NCBI RefSeq assembly: GCF_965233615.1
Contig: NZ_OZ247495.1
Source of the DNA: Pelagibius sp.
GTDB taxonomy: Bacteria > Pseudomonadota > Alphaproteobacteria > Kiloniellales > Kiloniellaceae
Length of the DNA stretch: 64,000 nt
Direction: 5' to 3' (one strand)
Positions within the stretch are counted from its first letter, which is position 1, and the number at the start of each line of letters is the position of its first letter. The notes beneath the pieces are model-generated. The model searched no databases. It was given only the letters and a program-made list of their open reading frames with translations, and was not told the origin of the DNA. Below are positions 28,104-36,851 of the stretch, one piece after another. A program made the translations under genes and the position numbers.

Positions 28104-28334
28104 TCAATCATCGGCATAGACTTCGCCCTCCAGGTCGTCGAGCCTGACCTGCAGATGCGCCCGCACATCCTGTACCGCCTGGTTGTAGACGGCGGGACCG
28201 AGTGTTTTCAGGAATAGTCCCAGGACGGCATCGGCGCGAAAGTCCGACAGATCCACTTCGAACTCGGTTAGGAACAGCGCCTTGAGCTGTTCTTTGAACT
28301 CGGTTTGCCGCTCGTCGCTCAGTTCGATCTGCAT
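28104..28334 (-). CDS. DUF2164 protein
   Basis: 76 aa: IELSDERQTEFKEQLKALFLTEFEVDLSDFRADAVLGLFLKTLGPAVYNQ fits the DUF2164 pattern. Confidence 0.7.
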   Translation of the reverse strand: MQIELSDERQTEFKEQLKALFLTEFEVDLSDFRADAVLGLFLKTLGPAVYNQAVQDVRAHLQVRLDDLEGEVYADD

Positions 28335-28386
28335 GTCAGTCTTCCTCCATCACCGGATAGAGATGGGCCTGCCGATCGATCTTTGT

Positions 28387-28680
28387 TCAATCGGCCTGTG
28401 TCTCAAAATCAGCGGCAAAGCGCAGATCGCGCAGCGGCCGCACAAGACGCACGGCCTCATCATACAACGGATGCGCCTTATAGGATTCCAAGGCGCCAGC
28501 ATCGGCGAATTCGCCATATACAACCACATCGATTTCGTTCGACCAGGCATCCTGCCGACCGTTCAGCGCCACCTCCAATCGGGCAGCCGCCGGAATCTCC
28601 TTCAGTCGCTCCAAGCCGGTCCGAATGGCTTCAACATCCTCCGAACGCCTGGCCCGGAACAGAACGATGTGGCGTATCAT
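28387..28680 (-). CDS. Dabb (stress-responsive alpha/beta-barrel) protein
   Basis: MIRHIVLFRARRSEDVEAI...YKAHPLYDEAV. The start is ATG 28680; the track ORF start at 28743 is an over-extension. Confidence 0.75.
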   Translation of the reverse strand: MIRHIVLFRARRSEDVEAIRTGLERLKEIPAAARLEVALNGRQDAWSNEIDVVVYGEFADAGALESYKAHPLYDEAVRLVRPLRDLRFAADFETQAD

Positions 28681-28782
28681 AATCGCTTTCTCACAATGCC
28701 GTTTTGCCTTATCGCGGCAATCCTGGTGATCCACCGCCTGCAACCGTCGTATCTAGCAATGACAGACCGGGCAATGTGACAA

Positions 28783-29556
28783 ATGGCAACACTCTTCACT
28801 TTCGGCCCCTCCCACTACTGCGAGAAAGCGCGCTGGGCGCTGGACCTTGCCGGCGTACGATACCGGGAGGTCCGCTGGGCACCCGGGCCCCACCTGCTGT
28901 CGGCGCGGCGCCTTGCTCCGCAGAGCCTGGTTCCCATCCTGTGTCATTCAAAGACAATCATCCAAGGCAGCGGCCGGATCACGGATTGGGCCGAGGCGAG
29001 CGGTGGGATGAACTGGCGGTCGGGCGTGTCCTCGGCAGAGAAAGCGGAGATTGCAGAGCTTGAGGCATGGGCGGACAATGCCCTCGGCGTTGCCGTCCGC
29101 CGGCTCATCTACGCGACATCGCTCGGCAGGGAAAGCCGCGCGGTCGCGGCTGTGCTGTTTCGCGGCGCCATCTGGTGGCAACGGCCCCTGGCGCCGCTGA
29201 TGTGGCCGATTTCGCGCCGGGCAATTATGAGAGGATTGAGGGCAACAGCCGAAGACATCCCGGACGCCCGGGCGGCGTTGGAGAGAGAACTGGACCATCT
29301 CGACCGGCTGGTCAGCGGCCAGAACCGCTTTCTCGTCGGCGATCGCCTTGGCCGCGCGGACATCGCCGTCGCCAGCCTGTTGTCACCGATCATCTTTCCG
29401 GCCGAGCATCCGGTCTATGGCACCCTGCCCCCCTGGCAGGCGCAGCGAAGGATCATGGAGGCCTATCGCGACCGGCCCTGCGTCGGCTGGGCCACCGCGC
29501 TTTACAGGGATTTCCGCCGCCCTGCTCGGGGTGACGCTGCCGCGCTTCCGGGTTAG
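28783..29556 (+). CDS. Glutathione S-transferase-like protein
   Basis: N-terminal thioredoxin-like GST fold (LFTFGPSHYCEKARWALDLAGVRY...VPIL) and a C-terminal helical domain. Confidence 0.7.
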   Translation: MATLFTFGPSHYCEKARWALDLAGVRYREVRWAPGPHLLSARRLAPQSLVPILCHSKTIIQGSGRITDWAEASGGMNWRSGVSSAEKAEIAELEAWADNALGVAVRRLIYATSLGRESRAVAAVLFRGAIWWQRPLAPLMWPISRRAIMRGLRATAEDIPDARAALERELDHLDRLVSGQNRFLVGDRLGRADIAVASLLSPIIFPAEHPVYGTLPPWQAQRRIMEAYRDRPCVGWATALYRDFRRPARGDAAALPG

Positions 29557-29587
29557 ACTGTGCGCCCGACCAGCCGAGGGAGATGTC

Positions 29588-30493
29588 ATGATCCGCGAAA
29601 CACAGGGCGAAGTACTGACCGAGGCCCAGCGCAAGCAATACAGTGAGCAAGGCTATCTGGTTCTGGCGAAGCGGATTCCGGAAACTATCCTGCAAAGGAT
29701 CCGTGACGAGATTGACGGTTTCGTTCAAGAAGCGCGCGGTCTGACGGAATCCAACGAGCGCCTCGACCTCGAAGACAGCCACAGCCCCGACGCGCCGCGG
29801 GTGAGGCGCGTGAAGGCGCCCTATCAGCTCTCCCCGACGTTTCGTGACCTCGCGCGGTCAGATCACATTCTGGCGCCGTTGCGCGACCTGCTGGGGCCGA
29901 GCCTGCGCCTGCATGGTTCCAAGCTGAACATGAAGGCCGCCGGCTACGGCGCCGCGGTGGAGTGGCATCAGGACTGGGCCTTCTATCCCCACACCAACGA
30001 CGACATCCTGGCGGTCGGTGTCATGATCGACGACATGGCGCCCGAAAACGGGCCGCTGATGGTATTCCCCGGCTCTCACCGCGGCCCGGTTCACGACCAC
30101 CATGCGGAGGGAGTCTTTGCCGGGGCGATGGATCTGGCAGCCTGCAACCTGGACCCGAAGGACGCGGTCATGCTGACAGGCCCGGCGGGCTCGATCTCCC
30201 TGCATCACGTGCGCCTGGTGCATGGTTCCGCCGTGAACACTTCCGACCGCGACCGGCGCTTGCTGCTTTACGAGGTTGCGGCAGCCGATGCCTTCCCGAT
30301 CGCCGGCTCGATGACAGCCTATGAAGGCCTGGACGACTTCGACAAACGCCTGCTCTGCGGCAAGGCTACGCTTTCACCTCGGATGACACCGGCCCCCGTG
30401 CGCCTGCCACAACCACAGCCGCCGAAAAAGGGGTCGATCTACGAGATCCAAAAGGCAATGAAGGCGCGCAGTTTCGCGGCAGCCGGAAACTAA
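29588..30493 (+). CDS. Phytanoyl-CoA dioxygenase (PhyH) family Fe(II)/2OG oxygenase, paralog 2
   Basis: YSEQGYLVLAKRI, WHQDWAFYP (HxD) and SLHHVRLVHGSAVNTS. The start is ATG 29588. Its stop overlaps the stop of the convergent CoA-transferase by 4 nt. Confidence 0.85.
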   Translation: MIRETQGEVLTEAQRKQYSEQGYLVLAKRIPETILQRIRDEIDGFVQEARGLTESNERLDLEDSHSPDAPRVRRVKAPYQLSPTFRDLARSDHILAPLRDLLGPSLRLHGSKLNMKAAGYGAAVEWHQDWAFYPHTNDDILAVGVMIDDMAPENGPLMVFPGSHRGPVHDHHAEGVFAGAMDLAACNLDPKDAVMLTGPAGSISLHHVRLVHGSAVNTSDRDRRLLLYEVAAADAFPIAGSMTAYEGLDDFDKRLLCGKATLSPRMTPAPVRLPQPQPPKKGSIYEIQKAMKARSFAAAGN

Positions 30494-31722
30494 CCCGCAG
30501 GGCTCTCCGCGAACGCGCCGGCGCAGACGGCCCCAGACTCGATCATCCGCGCGATCTCGGTTTCGCTGTAGCCAACCTCGGCCAGCACCTCCCGGCTGTG
30601 CTGCCCCAGCAAAGGGGCGGCGCGCCTGACGCCGCCGGGCGTGGCCGAGAACTTGACCGGCGGGCCCAGGGCCTTGGTCCGGCCTGCCGCCGGGTGATCG
30701 GTTTCAACGACCATACCCCGTGCCAGGGTTTGGGGGTCGCGGTGCATCTCGTTGATGCTGAGCACCGGCCCGGCCGGCAGGCCGCCCGTCTCCAGGGTTT
30801 CCAGCCAGTCCGCCGTCGGCCGTTCGCGAAAGATCGTATTCAGAATCTCTTCCAGGTCGAGGCGGTGCGCCATACGGCCGGCGTTGTCCCGGAAGCGTTC
30901 ATCCTCCAGCAGTTCCGGCGCGCCGATCAGCTTTGTCAGGCGCTCCCAGTTGGCTTGGTTGGCGGCCCCGATGTTGATCCAGCCATCGGCGGTCTGAAAG
31001 GCCTGATAGGGGGCGTTCAGAGGATGGGCCGAGCCCAGGGGCTGCGGTGTTTCGCCAGTGGCCAGGGCGATGGCCGACTGCCAGAAAGTCTGGGTGATGC
31101 CCGCTTCGAAGAGCGAAGTGTCGACCATCTGCCCTTCCCCGGTCTTCAGCTTGTGAGCATAGGCCGCGGCAATGCCCATGGCCCCCAGGATGCCGGCGGT
31201 GATATCGCTGACCGGCGGGCCGACCTTCACCGGCGGCCGCCCGGGGCCCTCGCCGGTTACCGACATCAGCCCGGACATACCCTGGGCGATGAGATCGAAG
31301 CCGCCGCGCTCCGCATAGGGGCCGCTGCGCCCGAAACCGGAAAGCGCGCAGTAGATGAGGCCGGGATTCTCGCGGCGCAGTTCGTCGTAACCCAGGCCGA
31401 GCCGCTCCATCGTGCCCTTGCGATAGTTCTCGATCACCACATCGGCATCACGCAGCAGGCGCTGCAAGGCTTGCTTGCCTTCCGGCTGCTTCAGGTCGAG
31501 AACGATTCCGCGCTTGTTGCGATTCAACATCATGAAGGCGGCGCTCTCATCACCGATGGTGGGCGGCACCATACGGCGCGTGTCGTCCCCCGCCATCTTT
31601 TCCACCTTGATCACGTCGGCGCCCATATCGGCCAGCATCATCCCCGCCAAGGGTCCCGCCATGATGTGCGCCAGTTCAATGACGCGACAGCCGCTGAGCG
31701 GACCGGATGTGGTCTCCGTCAT
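30490..31722 (-). CDS. CaiB/BaiF-family (class III) CoA-transferase
   Basis: GPLSGCRVIELAHIMAGPLAGMMLADMGADVIKVE plus the family-wide fold pattern. Confidence 0.9.
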   Translation of the reverse strand: MTETTSGPLSGCRVIELAHIMAGPLAGMMLADMGADVIKVEKMAGDDTRRMVPPTIGDESAAFMMLNRNKRGIVLDLKQPEGKQALQRLLRDADVVIENYRKGTMERLGLGYDELRRENPGLIYCALSGFGRSGPYAERGGFDLIAQGMSGLMSVTGEGPGRPPVKVGPPVSDITAGILGAMGIAAAYAHKLKTGEGQMVDTSLFEAGITQTFWQSAIALATGETPQPLGSAHPLNAPYQAFQTADGWINIGAANQANWERLTKLIGAPELLEDERFRDNAGRMAHRLDLEEILNTIFRERPTADWLETLETGGLPAGPVLSINEMHRDPQTLARGMVVETDHPAAGRTKALGPPVKFSATPGGVRRAAPLLGQHSREVLAEVGYSETEIARMIESGAVCAGAFAESPAG

Positions 31723-31723
31723 T

Positions 31724-32500
31724 TCAGCGGCCCTGCCAGTTCGGCTTGCGCTTGGCGAGGAAAGCCTCCAGCCCCTCGCGGAAGTCTTCGCTGGTGTAGC
31801 AGGAGACGATCAGGTCGCTGTCTTCGATGCCGGGCTGAACGAGGCGGCGCAGGCCTTCCTTGGTGGCGCGCAGGGTGAGCGGCGCCTGTTCGGTCAACTG
31901 CGCCGCCAGGGCGCGGGCACGGGCCATGAGACTGTCATGATCGGCCAGAACCTCCGAAATCAGGCCGGCGGCCAGCGCCTCCTCCGCGCCGACGAGCCGG
32001 CTGGTAAAAAGGATCTCCCGGGTGCGCCCGGCCCCCAGCAAGGCCGCAAGGCGGGCCAGATTGGCGACGGAAAGACAATTGCCCAGGGTACGGGCGATAG
32101 GGAAGCCGAACTTCAGGTCAGTACTTGCAATGCGCAGATCGCAGGCGGCGGCAATCGCCGCCCCGCCGCCGGTGCAGGCGCCAGAGATGGCGGCGACGGT
32201 CGGCAGCGGACAGGTCTCCACCGCGCCCAGCACCGCATCTATCTTGGCTTCGTAGTCCAGGGCATGCTGCTCGGTGGTGAAGCCCCGGAACTGGGCGATA
32301 TCGGTCCCCGCGGCGAAGGCCTTGTCGCCGGCGCCGGTGACGATTAGCGCCTTCACACCCAGACTTTCCGTATCACGGCAGAGTTCCGCCAGGCGCTCAT
32401 ACATGGCGAAGGTCAGAGCATTGCGGGCCTGGGGCCGGTTCAGGGTGATCACCCCGATGGCCCCTTCACGCTCGAACAACAACTCGTCAGTGGCGGTCAT
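31724..32500 (-). CDS. Enoyl-CoA hydratase/isomerase (crotonase) family protein
   Basis: ITLNRPQARNAL, VTGAGDKAFAAGTDI and ISGACTGGG. A 1-nt gap separates it from the CoA-transferase. Confidence 0.9.
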   Translation of the reverse strand: MTATDELLFEREGAIGVITLNRPQARNALTFAMYERLAELCRDTESLGVKALIVTGAGDKAFAAGTDIAQFRGFTTEQHALDYEAKIDAVLGAVETCPLPTVAAISGACTGGGAAIAAACDLRIASTDLKFGFPIARTLGNCLSVANLARLAALLGAGRTREILFTSRLVGAEEALAAGLISEVLADHDSLMARARALAAQLTEQAPLTLRATKEGLRRLVQPGIEDSDLIVSCYTSEDFREGLEAFLAKRKPNWQGR

Positions 32501-32510
32501 CGGGCAATCC

Positions 32511-33791
32511 TCAGCGATAAAAGTATTCGACCAGGAACATAGGGATCGCCGGCACGTAGGTACAGATCAGGAGCACCGCCAGAAGTACGGCCACAAAGTA
32601 GACGTTCACTTTGGAGACCGCCCAGATATTGGCCCGCGCCACGGCACAGGAGGTGATGAGCACACTGGCAACCGGCGGCGTCTGCTGACCGATGGCGAGA
32701 TTGAGCGTCACCACCAGACCGAAATGCACGGGGTCGATGCCCGCCGCCGCGATCAGCGGAATGACGATGGGCACCACCAGGATGATCGCCGCGGCGGAAT
32801 GCAGGAAGAAGCCGATCACCAGGAAGAAGAAATTCAGGATCAGCAGGATCACGTACTTGTTGTCGGTGAAGTCGAGGATTGCCGCGGCCAGTTCCTGGGG
32901 CATCTGGGCGCGGGTCAGGAAACCGCCCATCAGCACCGAGGCGGCAACCAGCAGCATGACCACCGCGGTCTGCATGCCGCCGTCCAGCATGGCGCGCTTC
33001 AGGTGACGCAGGTCGATCTGGCGGTACCAGAGCCCGACGAGGAAAGCGGCGATGACCGCCAGGCCTGCCGCTTCAGTCGCCGTGACGAAGCCGCCGAAGA
33101 TGCCGCCGAGGATGATGACCGGCAGGCTGAAGGCCGGTAGTGCCTCCAGGAAGGTCTGGCGCAGGTGGCGGAGATTGAAGGCCTCCTCCACCGGCAGGTT
33201 GTAGCGCCGGGCGAAGAGGTAGGCGACGAACATCAAGCCACCCGCCCCCATCAGCCCCGGCACCACACCGGCAACGAAAAGCTGCTCCACCGAGGTGTTG
33301 GCCGAGGTGGCATAGAGGATCATCGGGATCGAGGGCGGAATGATGATCGCCAGCGAGGCCGACGAGGAGGTGACCGCGGCAGCCAGCGGCGCGGAGTAGC
33401 CGCGCTTTTTCATCTGCGGAATAAGGATGGAGCCAAGCGCCGCCACATCGGCGACGGCGGAGCCGGATATCTCGGCGAAGAACAGGGAGACGCCGATGTT
33501 CACCATCGCCAGCCCGCCCTTCACGAAACCGATCAGCGCGGAGACAAAATTGATCAGCCGGTCGGTAACACCGCCGGCGTTCATGATCGCGCCGGCCAGC
33601 ACAAACATGGGAATGGCGATCAGGGAAAACTTGGTGGAGCCGTCGTACATGTCCAAAGCGACGGTCACCAGACTGTCGGGGCCTTCGGTCAGCAATAGGC
33701 CGAGCACACCGGAGACCGCCAGGGCGACCGCTATGGGCACGTTGAGGCAGATCATCGCCACCAGGACGATGAAGATGAAGAGCATCAGCAT
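32511..33791 (-). CDS. TRAP transporter large permease (DctM family)
   Basis: 426-aa, 12-TM DctM-type sequence. Confidence 0.92.
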   Translation of the reverse strand: MLMLFIFIVLVAMICLNVPIAVALAVSGVLGLLLTEGPDSLVTVALDMYDGSTKFSLIAIPMFVLAGAIMNAGGVTDRLINFVSALIGFVKGGLAMVNIGVSLFFAEISGSAVADVAALGSILIPQMKKRGYSAPLAAAVTSSSASLAIIIPPSIPMILYATSANTSVEQLFVAGVVPGLMGAGGLMFVAYLFARRYNLPVEEAFNLRHLRQTFLEALPAFSLPVIILGGIFGGFVTATEAAGLAVIAAFLVGLWYRQIDLRHLKRAMLDGGMQTAVVMLLVAASVLMGGFLTRAQMPQELAAAILDFTDNKYVILLILNFFFLVIGFFLHSAAAIILVVPIVIPLIAAAGIDPVHFGLVVTLNLAIGQQTPPVASVLITSCAVARANIWAVSKVNVYFVAVLLAVLLICTYVPAIPMFLVEYFYR

Positions 33792-33794
33792 GGA

Positions 33795-34358
33795 TCAGCG
33801 CCGTTCCGCATTCTGCATCTCCTGTTCAACCTCTTCCTCGATCTCGGCGTGTTCCAGGGAGATGCCCGCCATGGTCCTGCGCCAGTAGTCCGGCAAGCTG
33901 AGCAGCTCGCAAATGATGAAGAGAGCGGCGCCGATAGGAATCACCGACTGGGTCAACTGAACCGGCACCCAGGTGAGCGAGACCAGCCGGTCGCCTTCCA
34001 GAATCTCCAGAACCAGCATGCCGGCCCAGGCCATCAGGATGAAGAAACCGAGGACGATTGCTTCGGCCAGGATCAGGGCCAAGCGGCGCAGTCGAGGCGG
34101 AAACGACAGCAGAACCGAGTCAAAGCCGATGTGGCGGCGCTTCAGGGCCGCCAGGGCGGCGCCGTAGTAGGTAATCCAGGAAAGCTGGATCGCCGCCACC
34201 TCGTCGTACCAACTGAAGGAATCGCCGGCCAACCGCACCAGCACCGCCGCGATGACCACTATGGTCAAGGCGATCATCAGGATGATGACAACCCATTCCA
34301 GCAACCACTCAAGGCTTCGTCTTGCCGCCGCAAGCACCGTTGCTATCTCCTTTGCCAC
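33795..34358 (-). CDS. TRAP transporter small permease (DctQ family)
   Basis: 187 aa with 4 TM helices, immediately upstream of the DctM gene. Confidence 0.85.
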   Translation of the reverse strand: MAKEIATVLAAARRSLEWLLEWVVIILMIALTIVVIAAVLVRLAGDSFSWYDEVAAIQLSWITYYGAALAALKRRHIGFDSVLLSFPPRLRRLALILAEAIVLGFFILMAWAGMLVLEILEGDRLVSLTWVPVQLTQSVIPIGAALFIICELLSLPDYWRRTMAGISLEHAEIEEEVEQEMQNAERR

Positions 34359-34473
34359 GGGCAGGACCCGGGGTCAGTGAGCCCGCAGGGCGGGACCATC
34401 GAGAAGAGAGGTGAGAGATCGGCAGGCCGGGCTGCGCGACAACGCACAACCCGGCGCCTTACCGTTCAGGACC

Positions 34474-35469
34474 TTACGAGCCGTCCGCCAGACGCAGCAC
34501 CGTGTCGATCAGATCCTTGCCGCCATCGACGCTGGACGCATACTCGTCATAGATCGGCTTGGAGGCTTCGACGAAAGCCGCCTTGTCGGCGGTGTTCACC
34601 TGAATGCCGCCGTCCTTCAGCTTCTGCAGCAGATCGGTTTCCAGGCGTGCGGCCTCTTCATAGACGAAGTCCTGGGTTTCCCGTCCGCATTGAACCAGCG
34701 CATCCTGAACGTTCTGCGGCAGCTTGGCGAAGTGCTTCTCCGACACCAGAACATAGGCCGGCGTATAGACGTGGCCGGTGATGGACAGATACTTCTGCAC
34801 TTCCTGGAACTTCGCCGACCAGATCTGGGCGTAGGGGTTTTCCTGGCCGTCGATCACCTTGGTCTGCAGGGCCGTGAAGACTTCCGAAAAGGCCATCGGT
34901 GTGGGGTTCGCGCCGTAGAGCTTGAACATCTTCACCCGCCAGGCACCGTTGGGGGTACGCAGCTTCACGCCGGCCAGGTCTTCCGGCTTGTTGATCGGGC
35001 GGGTGTTGTTGGTGATGTTGCGAAAGCCATTCTCAAACAAACCGATGATGCGGTAGCCCTTTTCCTGGGCCGCCTTCTGGAAGGTGCTGTCCATCAGTTC
35101 GGCCTGGACCCGGCGCATGTGGTCGCGGTCCTGGATGATGTAGGGCATCTCGAAGACGCCGAAGACATCGGCGACCGAGGACATTACCGAAGAGGGCAAT
35201 GCAAAATCCACCTGACCCAGCTTCAACTTCTGCAACAATTCCTTGTCCTTGCCGAGCTGGGAAGCCCCGAAGGTCTGCACCTCGGCGGCATCGCCCAGCG
35301 CCGTGTTGGAGCAGGCAGCAAAAGCATTCACGGAAGTCTCGAAAAGCGAGCCGGGCTGACCCACGTGGCCGAACTTCAGGGTCATCTTCTCGGCCATGGC
35401 CGGGCTTGCAAGAACGGAAATCAAGGCGGCCCCGCCGGCCGCTCCTGTCAGGATCTTTGCTAACTTCAT
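34474..35469 (-). CDS. TRAP transporter substrate-binding protein (DctP family)
   Basis: Signal peptide followed by the DctP-type pattern MTLKFGHVGQPGSLF... Confidence 0.9.
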   Translation of the reverse strand: MKLAKILTGAAGGAALISVLASPAMAEKMTLKFGHVGQPGSLFETSVNAFAACSNTALGDAAEVQTFGASQLGKDKELLQKLKLGQVDFALPSSVMSSVADVFGVFEMPYIIQDRDHMRRVQAELMDSTFQKAAQEKGYRIIGLFENGFRNITNNTRPINKPEDLAGVKLRTPNGAWRVKMFKLYGANPTPMAFSEVFTALQTKVIDGQENPYAQIWSAKFQEVQKYLSITGHVYTPAYVLVSEKHFAKLPQNVQDALVQCGRETQDFVYEEAARLETDLLQKLKDGGIQVNTADKAAFVEASKPIYDEYASSVDGGKDLIDTVLRLADGS

Positions 35470-35518
35470 GATGGTTCCTCCCGTTGGGTTTCTTTTTTAT
35501 CTTCTTTGTTTTGGCCGG

Positions 35519-36724
35519 TTACTCAGCCGCCGAGGCGGACGTCTGTTCGCGTCCGCTTAGATAGTCCAGCGCCGCCTGGGCGCCGCCGCGCCGATGGGTG
35601 ACGCCGGAAAGCTCCAGCCCCATCTCCACACCGGAGAGGGTGCCCATCAGCATCAGATCGTTGAAGTCGCCCAGGTGACCGATGCGGAAAACCTTGTCGG
35701 CGACCTTGGAGAGGCCGTTGCCGAGCGACATGTTGAAGTTTTCCAAGGTCGTCTTGCGAAAGGCATCGGCGCTCTGGCCTTCGGGCATCAGCACCGCGGT
35801 CAGCGAGCCGGAATAGTGACGCGGTTCCAGGCAGAGCACCTCCAGCCCCCAGGCCCGCACCGCGCGGCGTGCCGCTTCGCCATGACGCTGATGGCGCGCA
35901 AAGACGTTGTCGAGCCCCTCCTCCTGCAGCATATCGACGGCCTCCACCAGGCCGTAGAGCAGATTGGTCGCCGGGGTATAGGGGAAATAGCCCTTGGCGT
36001 TGGGTTCGGCCATCTCCTCCCAGGACCAATAGGCCCGCGGCAGGCCGGCGTTCTTCGAGGCCGCTTCGGCCTTGGCGCTGACGGCGTTGAAGGAAAGGCC
36101 CGGCGGCAGCATCAATCCCTTCTGCGAGCCGGCCACCGTGACGTCGACACCCCACTCGTCATGGCGATAGTCGATGGAGGCAAGCGAAGAGATGGTATCC
36201 ACCATCAGCAGGGCCGGATGCCCCGCCGCATCGATGGCCCGGCGGATCTCCGGCACCTGGGTAACCGAGCCGGTCGAGGTTTCGTTGTGAACCACGCAGA
36301 CGGCCTTGATCTCCTGCCCGCTGTCGGCGCGCAGGCGTTCCTCGATGGCTTCGGGATCGGCGCCGTGACGCCAGTCACCGGCGATGAACTCCGGCTGCAG
36401 GCCGAGGCGCTGGGCCAGGCGGTTCCACAGCGTCGCGAAGTGGCCGGTCTCGTACATCAGCACCTTGTCGCCCGGCGAAAGGGTGTTCACCAGCGCGGCT
36501 TCCCAGGCGCCGGTACCCGACGCCGGGTAGATCACGACAGAGCCTTCGGTTTTGAAGACCGCCTTCATGCCCTCCAGCGCCTTCATGCCGACATCGGCGA
36601 AGGCAGGGCCGCGGTGATCCATGGTGGGGAGATCCATCGCCCGCAGTACCCGGTCGGGCACATTGGTCGGTCCCGGAATTTGTAAGAAGTGACGGCCGGG
36701 CGAAGCCCCCTGGCGTCCTGACAT
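35519..36724 (-). CDS. Class-V pyridoxal-phosphate aminotransferase (serine/alanine-glyoxylate aminotransferase-like)
   Basis: HFLQIPGPTNVPDRVLRAM, VHNETSTG and GSQKGLMLPPG (the PLP lysine). It is the first gene of the minus-strand operon. Confidence 0.88.
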   Translation of the reverse strand: MSGRQGASPGRHFLQIPGPTNVPDRVLRAMDLPTMDHRGPAFADVGMKALEGMKAVFKTEGSVVIYPASGTGAWEAALVNTLSPGDKVLMYETGHFATLWNRLAQRLGLQPEFIAGDWRHGADPEAIEERLRADSGQEIKAVCVVHNETSTGSVTQVPEIRRAIDAAGHPALLMVDTISSLASIDYRHDEWGVDVTVAGSQKGLMLPPGLSFNAVSAKAEAASKNAGLPRAYWSWEEMAEPNAKGYFPYTPATNLLYGLVEAVDMLQEEGLDNVFARHQRHGEAARRAVRAWGLEVLCLEPRHYSGSLTAVLMPEGQSADAFRKTTLENFNMSLGNGLSKVADKVFRIGHLGDFNDLMLMGTLSGVEMGLELSGVTHRRGGAQAALDYLSGREQTSASAAE

Positions 36725-36813
36725 CTAGTGTTCCTCCCTGCGCTCCGCTTTTCCCGAACGCCGCAGCGTTGCTCGATCGGAGGGCTTGCATCCGCCCGGA
36801 TAAAGCGGATATG

Positions 36814-36834
36814 AATACTGAATACAAAATACAA
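36814..36834. repeat. Three tandem heptamers AATACTG-AATACAA-AATACAA in a divergent promoter region
   Basis: Read directly from the sequence. It is the most AT-rich spot between the aminotransferase start (36724) and the YdiJ-like start (36852). Confidence 0.6.
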
Positions 36835-36851
36835 ATTTGAGGCGGCTGTCA

